Positions 10,314 to 18,798 of a stretch of DNA of 64,000 nt are shown here, piece by piece (the first letter of the stretch is position 1; every line of letters begins with the position of its first letter). Under the pieces are notes generated by a model, which did not search any database, was not told the origin of the DNA, and saw nothing but the letters and a program-made list of their open reading frames with translations. Both the position numbers and the translations under genes were made by a program. Origin of the DNA: an uncultured Gammaproteobacteria bacterium (GTDB lineage: Bacteria > Pseudomonadota > Gammaproteobacteria > JACCXJ01); assembly GCA_963764725.1 (NCBI GenBank), contig CAVXTM010000015.1, positions 1 to 64,000 of the forward strand, written 5' to 3'.

Positions 10314-11657
10314 TCAGGAGGCGACTTCGGTAATGGGTGACAACGCTAGTGCAGTGCGGCCGACGCAAACATAATCAAATCCTATGGCTGTCATCCGCTC
10401 GGGCTCATAAACATTGCGCAGATCGCAAAAAACCCTTCCTTTCATGCGCGCCAAAACGTCATCGAGATCCAGCCCACGGTAGGCGTTCCATTCCGTCAGC
10501 AGCACGACCGCATCGGCCTGCTCAAAGGTCTCGTACACGCTGCCACAGTAGGTAATGGAATCGGGCAAATGTTTTTTCGCCTCTGCCGCTCCATGTGGAT
10601 CGTGCGCGCGTACCATGGCCCCTTTCTCGACGAGCGTGGGCAAAATGGATAAGGCGGGAGCATCTCGCATGTCGTCGGTCTCCGGCTTAAAGGTCAGCCC
10701 GAGAACTGCGATGGTTTTGCCGGCCTCGCTGCCGCCTAGCGCGTCGCGGATCTTCTTAATCATGCGTGCCTTCTGCGCGGCGTTGACCTCGATGACAGCC
10801 TCCACAATGCGGCTCGATACGCCTTGCTCTTGGGCGATCCTGACCAAAGCCTGCGTATCTTTTGGAAAACAAGAACCGCCATAACCTGGGCCGGGGTGCA
10901 AAAATTTGCGCCCGATCCGATTATCGAGCCCCATCCCCTTGGCCACGGCGTGGACATCGGCGCCGACGGCTTCGCATAGCATCGACATTTCATTGATAAA
11001 GCTGACCTTCGTCGCGAGAAAGGCGTTCGAGGCGTACTTAATCAGCTCGGCGCTTTCTAGATCGGTCTTAACAATCGGGGTTTCGATCAAGTTCAACGGA
11101 CGATAAAGCTCGCGCAGCAACGCTTCCCCGCGCGGGCTCTCCACGCCGATGACAACACGATCGGGACGCATGAAATCCGAGATTGCCGCGCCCTCTCTTA
11201 AAAATTCCGGGTTTGACGCAACATCGAAATCAGCCGTCGGATTCTGTTCTCGAATAATGCGCGCGACATTGCGCGCCGTGCCGACCGGGACCGTGGATTT
11301 ATCCACGACTACCGTGTAGCCCTTCAAATAACGCGCGATCGTTCTTGCTGCCTCATAGACGTAGCTTAAATCCGCGAAGCCATCCCCATGCCGCGATGGT
11401 GTCCCCACCGCGATAAATACCAAATCGCCATTGCCGATCGGTTCCACGAACTTTGCCGTAAACCGCAGCCGCTGCTGTGCGACGTTTTTCTCCACCACCT
11501 CTTTGAGACCAGGTTCATAAATGGGGATCTCGCCCCGCCGCAAACGTGAGATCTTATCCTCATCGACATCGATACAGGTCACGTTCGCCCCAAATTCCGC
11601 CAGACACGCCCCTGACACCAAGCCCACATAACCGCTGCCGACCATAACCACATTCAT
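10314..11657 (-). CDS. ugd: UDP-glucose 6-dehydrogenase
   Basis: GSGYVGLV, PIYEPGL, SNPEFLREG, GYGGSCFPKD and FKPETDDMR motifs; AGGAG before the ATG at 11657. Confidence 0.95.
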   Translation of the reverse strand: MNVVMVGSGYVGLVSGACLAEFGANVTCIDVDEDKISRLRRGEIPIYEPGLKEVVEKNVAQQRLRFTAKFVEPIGNGDLVFIAVGTPSRHGDGFADLSYVYEAARTIARYLKGYTVVVDKSTVPVGTARNVARIIREQNPTADFDVASNPEFLREGAAISDFMRPDRVVIGVESPRGEALLRELYRPLNLIETPIVKTDLESAELIKYASNAFLATKVSFINEMSMLCEAVGADVHAVAKGMGLDNRIGRKFLHPGPGYGGSCFPKDTQALVRIAQEQGVSSRIVEAVIEVNAAQKARMIKKIRDALGGSEAGKTIAVLGLTFKPETDDMRDAPALSILPTLVEKGAMVRAHDPHGAAEAKKHLPDSITYCGSVYETFEQADAVVLLTEWNAYRGLDLDDVLARMKGRVFCDLRNVYEPERMTAIGFDYVCVGRTALALSPITEVAS

Positions 11658-11670
11658 CCTGACGATCTCC

Positions 11671-11775
11671 TTAGATATCGAAGCCCACCACGCGTTGCCG
11701 CTTGCCGAATTCCACGGCGACAGGCAAACCGACATACCCCAGCCCGATAACGGATATTTTTCTACCGTGTTTCAT
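11671..11775 (-). pseudogene. 34-codon N-terminal stub of a nucleotide-sugar dehydrogenase (TviB/WbpO-like)
   Basis: Reads [34 protein letters not shown]; AAGGA precedes the ATG; overlaps the end of the epimerase gene. Confidence 0.8.
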
Positions 11776-12781
11776 GGTCCTTAAAATAGCCTTTATACCA
11801 GCTTACAAACTTTGCGATCCCCTCTTCGATCGGCGTCGATGGCCGGTAACCTACATCCCGATCGAGATCGGTAATATCCGCATAGGTATCGGGAACGTCG
11901 CCGGGCTGCATCGGCAGGAAGTTCTTTTGCGCCTTTTTCCCTAGGGTTTCCTCCAGCACTTCGATGAACTGCATCAAGTGTACCGGCTTATTGTTCCCGA
12001 TATTGTATAATCGATAGGGCGCGCGGCTGGAGCCGGGATCCGGCTCGTGACCGGACCACTCCGGGCTGGGCGCCGCGACCGTATCTATAACTCGAATGAC
12101 GCCTTCAACGATATCGTCGATATAAGTGAAATCGCGCCGATGCTCGCCGTGGTTGAAGACATCGATCGGCCGTCCCTCGATAATATTACGCGTAAAAAGA
12201 AACAAGGCCATGTCGGGTCTGCCCCAGGGGCCGTACACGGTGAAAAATCTCAAGCCCGTCACCGGCATGGCGTACAGATGGCTATAGGTATGCGCCATCA
12301 ACTCGTTGGCTTTTTTTGTCGCCGCATACAATGAAACCGGGTGATCGACATTATCGTGAACGGAGAACGGCATCCGGGTGTTGGCTCCGTACACCGAGCT
12401 TGAGGAGGCATAGACGAGGTGCTCGGCGCCATAATGGCGGCACCCCTCGAGGATATTTACGAAACCGAGGAGATTCGAATCGACATAGGCGTGGGGGTGG
12501 GTGAGTGAGTAGCGCACCCCGGCTTGCGCCGCTAGATGTGCAACTCGCGCGGGCCGCTCCGTATTAAAGAGCGCGTCGATGCCCGGCCGATCGGCGATGT
12601 CGAGCTTGATGAAACGAAAATTCTCGTGAACGGCAAGCCGGCTAAGACGCGCCTCCTTGAGGCCGACATCGTAATAGTCGTTCAAATTATCGACACCAAG
12701 CACTTGGTCGCCTCGCTCGAGCAGGCGCCCGCTGAGGGCCGCACCGACAAAACCAGCCGCGCCGGTTACTAGGATTTTCAT
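11762..12781 (-). CDS. NAD-dependent epimerase (UDP-glucuronate 4-epimerase, CapI/LpsL-like)
   Basis: [28 protein letters not shown] and [15 protein letters not shown] motifs. Confidence 0.93.
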   Translation of the reverse strand: MKILVTGAAGFVGAALSGRLLERGDQVLGVDNLNDYYDVGLKEARLSRLAVHENFRFIKLDIADRPGIDALFNTERPARVAHLAAQAGVRYSLTHPHAYVDSNLLGFVNILEGCRHYGAEHLVYASSSSVYGANTRMPFSVHDNVDHPVSLYAATKKANELMAHTYSHLYAMPVTGLRFFTVYGPWGRPDMALFLFTRNIIEGRPIDVFNHGEHRRDFTYIDDIVEGVIRVIDTVAAPSPEWSGHEPDPGSSRAPYRLYNIGNNKPVHLMQFIEVLEETLGKKAQKNFLPMQPGDVPDTYADITDLDRDVGYRPSTPIEEGIAKFVSWYKGYFKDHETR

Positions 12782-12945
12782 TGCTATCGCCTAAGCTGCC
12801 TATTCATCATAATAGATTGCGGCCTTTCAAGTTCGAGCGATCCCGGACGATCATTGTTATGCGCAGCAGGCGGCATTCCGGGCCGCGCTCCGGAGTTCCT
12901 CGACGGAGATTCATGCCGCTCTCCTAAACAGCTCAGGCAATAACC

Positions 12946-13338
12946 ATGACAATTCGATGCACGTGGAAGCTCGCCGGTGGTCTCCTCATCGGTCTAACCA
13001 TCTTCTTCTCCCTTATACCTTTACCTCCGGCGCAGGATCCGGCGTTCCCGGATAAACTGGTCCACAGCGCGGTTTACGCCCTGCTGATGCTATGGTTTGT
13101 CCAGATCACCCGGCGCAATCGGTGGACTGCCCTCGCGCTTGCTTTAACGCTGCTCGGTATCAGTTTGGAGCTCGGTCAAAGAGCCGGCGGGTATCGAGCC
13201 TTTAGTTACCTGGATATCGCCGCTAACGCCTTCGGCATCGCGCTCGGCTGGATCTCAGCGTTATTGGGATTGTCGTCCATTCTAACGCGTCTAGAAACCG
13301 TCTTGGAGATCCATAATACCCGCCGCAACACGCCGTAA
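12946..13338 (+). CDS. VanZ-family membrane protein
   Basis: DKLVH, ELGQ and R.FSYLDIAANAFG motifs; four TM segments. Confidence 0.85.
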   Translation: MTIRCTWKLAGGLLIGLTIFFSLIPLPPAQDPAFPDKLVHSAVYALLMLWFVQITRRNRWTALALALTLLGISLELGQRAGGYRAFSYLDIAANAFGIALGWISALLGLSSILTRLETVLEIHNTRRNTP

Positions 13339-13384
13339 GCGCGCGGCCGGTAAAATCATTGCGGCGGACTGAGTGCTGAACGAT

Positions 13385-13460
13385 TGGCGTCCCCAAGGGG
13401 ATTCGAACCCCTGTTGCCGCCGTGAAAGGGCGATGTCCTAGGCCTCTAGACGATGGGGAC
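13385..13460 (-). tRNA. tRNA-Glu (TTC)
   Basis: GTCCCCATCGTCTAGAGGCCTAGGAC...CT-TTC-AC...GGTTCGAATCC...GGGGACGCCA cloverleaf with encoded CCA. Confidence 0.97.
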
Positions 13461-13531
13461 AGTATTGTCTGTGAGATTCCCGGGGCGCGCCTAACCTTTC
13501 TTTGCCGTAAACCGCTTACCCGTGCGATAGG

Positions 13532-13607
<76 letters not shown>

Positions 13608-13623
13608 ATCGATTGTTCAAACC

Positions 13624-15060
13624 TTAAGATAGGCCCGCACCTGTGTCAACAACCCCTTGGCTCTGAACATAGGCAATGGCCTTGGTTATACGCAGCAAGG
13701 AACGTTCCCTACCCATGAGCCACACCGTGGTGTCGATAGGCGGGGAGACGCTCCCGCCGGTCAACGCGACTCTTAGAGGTTGAGCAAGCTGGCCCAATTT
13801 CAATTCGAATGTCGCCGCTACGCGGGTGATGGCTTCATGGACAGCCTCCTCGGTCCAGCGTGGCAAATCTGAGAATCTTTGCCTTAACAGCAGCAGTGGA
13901 TCGGCCATGAGCGAGGTGAGGTACTTCGCCGCGGCCGGCTCGTCATAGGTGGAAAAATCCCTGTAAAAAACGCCAGCGCTCTCCGCCATTTCCACCAAGG
14001 TTTTAGAGCGTTCACGTAACGGCTGAACAACATCCGCCAACGCCGGAGGACCGCTCGCCGCGATCTCGAGACGGTCTAAATGCCAACCGAGGTGCGCCAG
14101 TAATTCGGGCGTAGAGATGTTTTTTAAATAATGCTGGTTCAACCACCTTAACTTTGCCGAGTCGAAGGTCGCCGCTGCCTTGTTGACCGCTTCGGTCCCG
14201 AATTTATCGATCATTTCCTGTTTCAAGAATATCTCTTGATCCCCGTGCGACCAGCCCAGCCGGAGCAAGTAATTCAGGAGCGCCTCGGGGAGATAACCGT
14301 CCTCCCGGAACTGAAGCACGCTGACCGCGCCATGCCGTTTCGACAGCCGCTGGCCGTCGGCGCCGAGGATCATCGGCACATGCGCATAGGCCGGGATGCG
14401 TGCGCCCAAGGCCCGCAGGATATTGATCTGCCGGGGCGTATTGTTCAGGTGATCATCGCCTCGAATGACATGGCTGATCGCCATATCCATGTCATCGACA
14501 ACCACCGTGAGATTGTACGTCGGTGTGCCATCCGCCCGCGCAATGATGAGATCATCGAGCTCGCGGTTGTGGAACACCACCTGGCCTCGAATCAAATCGT
14601 GCACGGCTACTTCACCATCGGCCGGGTTCTTGAACCGCACCACAGGCCGGCTGCCCGTCCTCGCCGCGTTACGGCAGTAACCGTCGTAACGTGGCTTTTC
14701 TTTGCGCCCCATCTGCTCGGCCCGCAGTGCCTCGAGCCGCTCTTTCGAGCAATAACAATGGTAAGCCTGTCCCTCTCGCAGCAACCGATCGATGATCTCT
14801 CGATAACGACCAAAGCGCCGTGTTTGAAAATACGGGCCTTCGTCATGGTCGAGACCGAGCCACGCCATGCCCTCTAGGATCGCATCGACGGCCGCCTGCG
14901 TCGATCGTTCGAGATCAGTGTCCTCGATTCTCAAAATAAATACGCCGCCATGTCTTCGCGCATAGAGCCAAGAGAACAGCGCCGTGCGGGCGCTGCCGAT
15001 ATGCAAGTAACCGGTCGGACTCGGCGCGAAACGCGTACGTACTTGAATTTTCTCCATCAT
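13624..15060 (-). CDS. gltX: Glutamate--tRNA ligase
   Basis: RFAPSPTGYLHIG (HIGH), IRGDDHLNN and RLSKR (KMSKS) motifs; followed by tRNA-Ala/Glu; start between 15057 and 15081. Confidence 0.97.
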   Translation of the reverse strand: MMEKIQVRTRFAPSPTGYLHIGSARTALFSWLYARRHGGVFILRIEDTDLERSTQAAVDAILEGMAWLGLDHDEGPYFQTRRFGRYREIIDRLLREGQAYHCYCSKERLEALRAEQMGRKEKPRYDGYCRNAARTGSRPVVRFKNPADGEVAVHDLIRGQVVFHNRELDDLIIARADGTPTYNLTVVVDDMDMAISHVIRGDDHLNNTPRQINILRALGARIPAYAHVPMILGADGQRLSKRHGAVSVLQFREDGYLPEALLNYLLRLGWSHGDQEIFLKQEMIDKFGTEAVNKAAATFDSAKLRWLNQHYLKNISTPELLAHLGWHLDRLEIAASGPPALADVVQPLRERSKTLVEMAESAGVFYRDFSTYDEPAAAKYLTSLMADPLLLLRQRFSDLPRWTEEAVHEAITRVAATFELKLGQLAQPLRVALTGGSVSPPIDTTVWLMGRERSLLRITKAIAYVQSQGVVDTGAGLS

Positions 15061-15167
15061 GCCGCCTGCGTTGTGTTCCAATTTATTCGCCGCTCATCAG
15101 GCGACCGGCTACCATCGCCTTGGGCTTTATTGACCCTGCGGTTTAATGTCCTTAGAATTCCTGCCAC

Positions 15168-15242
15168 GGGCGATTAGCTCAGTGGGAGAGCGCTGCTTTC
15201 ACACAGCAGAGGTCGCTGGTTCAATCCCAGCATCGCCCACCA
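15168..15242 (+). tRNA. tRNA-Val (CAC)
   Basis: GGGCGATTAGCTCAGTGGGAGAGCG, anticodon arm CTGCT-TTCACAC-AGCAG, GGTTCAATCC, ends ATCGCCCACCA. Confidence 0.96.
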
Positions 15243-15379
15243 AGTAAATCAAGCTGTTATCCTACGGCGACGGTTCCGACTCCAAAGCAGAGCTCGCCGC
15301 GAGGCATGCCGAAGGGTCGTTTTCGGTCGCATCGCTATAATGACCAAGAATAAGGCGAAATCCAAGTCTAGGCCGCCAC

Positions 15380-15556
15380 TCAGCGGACCTCCAGCGCCTC
15401 ATTGGCTCCCGAGACAGAGAGACCGGACCGCTTGCCGCCGCCTATCACGTAGAGCATGTTCCCCATCCGTCGAATTCTCCGATGACATACACTTTGCCGT
15501 GAAGCACGGATGCGGTGACTTCGGTGTAGGGCGTGGGCATCTCCGCCTTTTGGCGG
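15380..15556 (-). pseudogene. Kelch-repeat protein relic (two blades joined out of frame)
   Basis: KAEMPTPYTEVTASVLHGKVYVIGEFDG, then in another frame GNMLYVIGGGKRSGLSVSGANEALEVR*. Confidence 0.65.
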
Positions 15557-15584
15557 CGTGCGCCTGTTAGAAACTGTACAGCGT

Positions 15585-16164
15585 TTTCTCGACGCCGGAG
15601 TGGCTCTGCGCGCCAGACTCGTCAAGGGTGACGACGATGACTCCACCGTGAAGTTCCGTCCGGTAGAAGCCGCGAGCATTTCAAAGGAGTGGAACGAGAT
15701 CGAGGGATTCAAACTGGAAGCTGATTGTGTCGGCAGCCCGGGTTGTCTGCGCGGCATCGCTGACGACGCGCCAGAAGCGCGACGAGATTGATGAAGTCGC
15801 GAAAGGACAGCGGCCGATCGACAAGCTCTTCTCGAAGGACCAGGAGCGCTTCCTGAACGAGTTCTACAAGACTCCGGTCGATTTCGAGAAACTGCGCGTC
15901 CTCGGCCCCATTCGCGTACTGCGTTGGAAGTTGAAGCAAGAGGGCTTTCCGCATGAACTGACTCTCGAAGAATGGAGACTTCCCGACGGCGAAGACCTGG
16001 TCGAGGTATCAATCAAGACGCCACCGAAGGAAGCGCTCCAGGCCCAGAAGGATTTCGCAGAGCACTTGGGAAAGCTCGGGCTAGACCCCGAGGGCGCTCA
16101 GGAGACCAAGACTCGCACGGCGCTGAATTACTTCGCTAAAGCCGGGCGTAAAGCCAAATCGTAG
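15585..16164 (+). pseudogene. CYTH-like protein, N-terminally truncated and frameshifted
   Basis: GVALRAR..DDSTVKFRP..FKLEADCV joins VVCAASL..EEWRLPDG..VEVSIK..QETKTRTAL after removing one C at about 15738. Confidence 0.7.
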
Positions 16165-16222
16165 CGCGCTCGCCGCGTTCCAACGGAACGTGAAGCGACG
16201 ATTGTCCGGGAGGAGGCACTCG

Positions 16223-17722
16223 ATGGCCACGATCATTCCACGATGGGAATGGCGCACCTTCGGCACCCGTTTCGGAATCGCGGAGAAGCCGATTCGCGGC
16301 AGCTGACGCCAACCGACGTCCAGGAGAGCGACGAGCTGTATCTTCTCGGCGGTGCCGGTGACAACGTCAAGATCCGCGACGCGCTCATGGACATCAAGGT
16401 CCTGCGCGAGGTCGACGCGGACGGTCTGGAGCGATGGGAGCCGGTGATGAAACAGGGCTTCCCGCTGCCGGGGGCCGACGTGGCGACAGTGTTCGCGTCG
16501 CTCCATCTGGCAGCGCCCGCGCTCGACGCGGAGACAGCTACACGCTTCGAGCAGTTCATCGACGAGCTCGTCGTACCGAGCGGCGTGTTGCGCCTCGTGC
16601 AAGTCCACAAGCGGCGGGTACGGTACATCGTCGGCGGCTGTACCTCGGAAGTCACCGACATCAAGGCGGAGGGAAGCACGATTCGCTCGATCGCGATCGA
16701 GTCGGAGAATGCATCCGCCGTCGTCGCGGCCGTCGCATCGGTCGGTCTGGGCGGTTACCTCAACACGAGCTATCCGCGCGGCTTGCGGGCACTGCTGGAT
16801 GCGGCGCCGGAGCGGTACGCGGTGATCGACGTGGGCACGAATTCGGTCAAGTTCCACATCGCCGAACGTGACGCCGACGGGAGCATGCGCAAGGTGGTCG
16901 ATCGCGCCGAGATGACGCGCCTCGGCGAGGGCCTCGACGAACGCGGCGAGATCGGGCCCGAAGCAATCGAACGGACAGCGGCAGCGATTGCGGATATGGT
17001 CGGCGAGGCGAAGCGGAACGGCGCGCGGGCGATCGCGGCCGTGGGCACGGCCGGTTTGCGCATCGCGCGCAACAGCGCATCCGTCATCGCTACGATCCGC
17101 GCGCGCACGGGCGTTTCGATCGAGGTGATCTCTGGCGAGGAGGAAGGCCGCCTCGCCTACCTCGCGGTGAAGGCGGGGCTGGGTGTGCCCGGCGGGTTCG
17201 CTGGTCGTGTTCGACACCGGCGGCGGCAGCACGCAGTTCACGTTCGGGCTGGGAGCGCGCATCGATGAGCGGTTCAGCATCGACGTGGGAGCCGTTCGCT
17301 ACACCGAACGGTTCAGGCTCGCCGGTGCGGTTGCCCCCGACGTGCTGCGCGACGCGCTCGCCGCGATCGCCGCGGATCTGTCGCGGATCGAGGGACGTCC
17401 GTCGCCGGACGCGCTGGTGGCGATGGGTGGCGCGGTCACCAACATCGCCGCAGTGAAGCACGGCCTGACAACGTACGACCCCGATGTCGTGCAGGGCACG
17501 GTCCTCGACCGCGCCGAGATCGACCGCCAGATCGAGCTGTACCGCTCGCGCAACGCGGCGGAGCGCCGTGCGATCGTCGGCCTGCAGCCGAAGCGCGCGG
17601 ACGTCATCCTGGCCGGCGCCTGCATCGTCAGGACGGTGATGGACAAGCTCGGCCAGGACTCGGTGAGGGTCAGCGATCGCGGCCTCCGCCACGGCCTGCT
17701 CGTCGAGCGGTTCGGCGCCTGA
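16223..17722 (+). pseudogene. Ppx/GppA-family phosphatase with CYTH-like N-terminal domain, frameshifted
   Basis: AGGAGG then MATIIPRWEWRTFG; VIDVGTNSVK, TRLGEG, GEEEGRL, DTGGGSTQ, RADVILAG and GLRHG motifs; frame breaks at about 16285-16302 and about 17195. Confidence 0.82.
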
Positions 17723-18002
17723 TCAGAGCCGGAGTACCTCGCCCCCGGCGGACAGCCGTCAGGTCCTCGCATGCTGTCGTTCCCGAAAACCCATATGTAG
17801 TTGAGTAAACGTCGAATCTCGCTTGGTGATGGTCTTTCGGTGTATCTTGGAAAAGAGATCCTCGACACCGCTAAGCCATGCCCGAATGTCCACCCTTGTT
17901 CGCGGTTCTTCTTCGTTCTCCTTGCGCATCTGTGCTCGAGCTAGCTGTTGGCGGTATACGGTAAATTGCGAGTAGGAGTTCATTCCCTGTAGACTTTGAG
18001 CG

Positions 18003-18662
18003 ATGCTCGACTGGAGTGCCATAGAAACCGTCTTTCTCGATCTCGACGGGACGCTTCTCGACCTTCAGTTTGATAATCATTTCTGGCACACGCACGTTCC
18101 CCGGCGGTTTGCCGAGCGCTTCGATCTCGCGCCCGAGGATGCAAAGACACGGCTGCTCGCGCGTTACAAAGCCATGGAAGGGACACTCGAGTGGTACTGT
18201 CTGGATTACTGGTCGTGCGAGCTCGGGCTTGACCTCGTCGAGCTGAAACGAGAGGTGGAGCATTTGATCGCAGTGCACCCTCATGTCGTACCGTTCTTGC
18301 GGTCTCTTCGAACGCTAGGTAAGCGCGTCGTTTTAACCACCAACGCGCACGCGAAAAGTCTCGCCATCAAGCTCACACGCACGGGCCTCGACACTTATTT
18401 CGATGCGGTGATTTGTGCACATGATTTCCTCACGCCCAAGGAAGATCCCGATTTTTGGCGGCGTCTAGATAATCACGAACCGTTCCTGGTCGAGGCGACG
18501 CTCTTGGTCGATGATAATATCAGTGTGTTGCAGAGCGCGCGGACTCATGGGATCCGTTACCTCTACGGGGTGATGCGACCGGACAGCGGCGCGCCCGCAA
18601 GATCCACGGCGGAATTTCCAATGATCCGGGATTTTCGCGATCTCATGCCGGGCCAGCCTTAG
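18003..18662 (+). CDS. yrfG: GMP/IMP nucleotidase YrfG (HAD superfamily)
   Basis: LDLDGTLLDL.FDNHFW, GTLEWYCLDYW, TNAH and PKE..FW motifs. Confidence 0.93.
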   Translation: MLDWSAIETVFLDLDGTLLDLQFDNHFWHTHVPRRFAERFDLAPEDAKTRLLARYKAMEGTLEWYCLDYWSCELGLDLVELKREVEHLIAVHPHVVPFLRSLRTLGKRVVLTTNAHAKSLAIKLTRTGLDTYFDAVICAHDFLTPKEDPDFWRRLDNHEPFLVEATLLVDDNISVLQSARTHGIRYLYGVMRPDSGAPARSTAEFPMIRDFRDLMPGQP

Positions 18663-18670
18663 AGTGAAGT

Positions 18671-18798
18671 AAGTCAATTTAGATTTCGCCGCCACGGGAT
18701 ATGCAACTCCGTGGGGCGACCAATGGCGAGAGCTGCGCCTCTCCCCTTTGGAAACCCCATCGCTAAGGTCCCCGCGGCAAGACGCGGGGAATAGAATT
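18671..18798 (-). repeat. ~125-bp palindromic intergenic element, copy A
   Basis: Reverse complement aligns with 56964-57092 and 48147-48253; lies between convergent yrfG and clpA. Confidence 0.88.

Noticed and set aside
16081-17280. 399-aa minus-strand ORF
   Set aside because: Antisense shadow of the Ppx/GppA gene, whose motifs are on the plus strand.
15243-18000. Intact integrative element or prophage at tRNA-Val
   Set aside because: No integrase and no visible direct repeat of the tRNA 3' end on the far side; only relics remain.
17759-18022. 87-aa minus-strand ORF before yrfG
   Set aside because: No recognisable motif and it overlaps the yrfG start region; cannot be supported.
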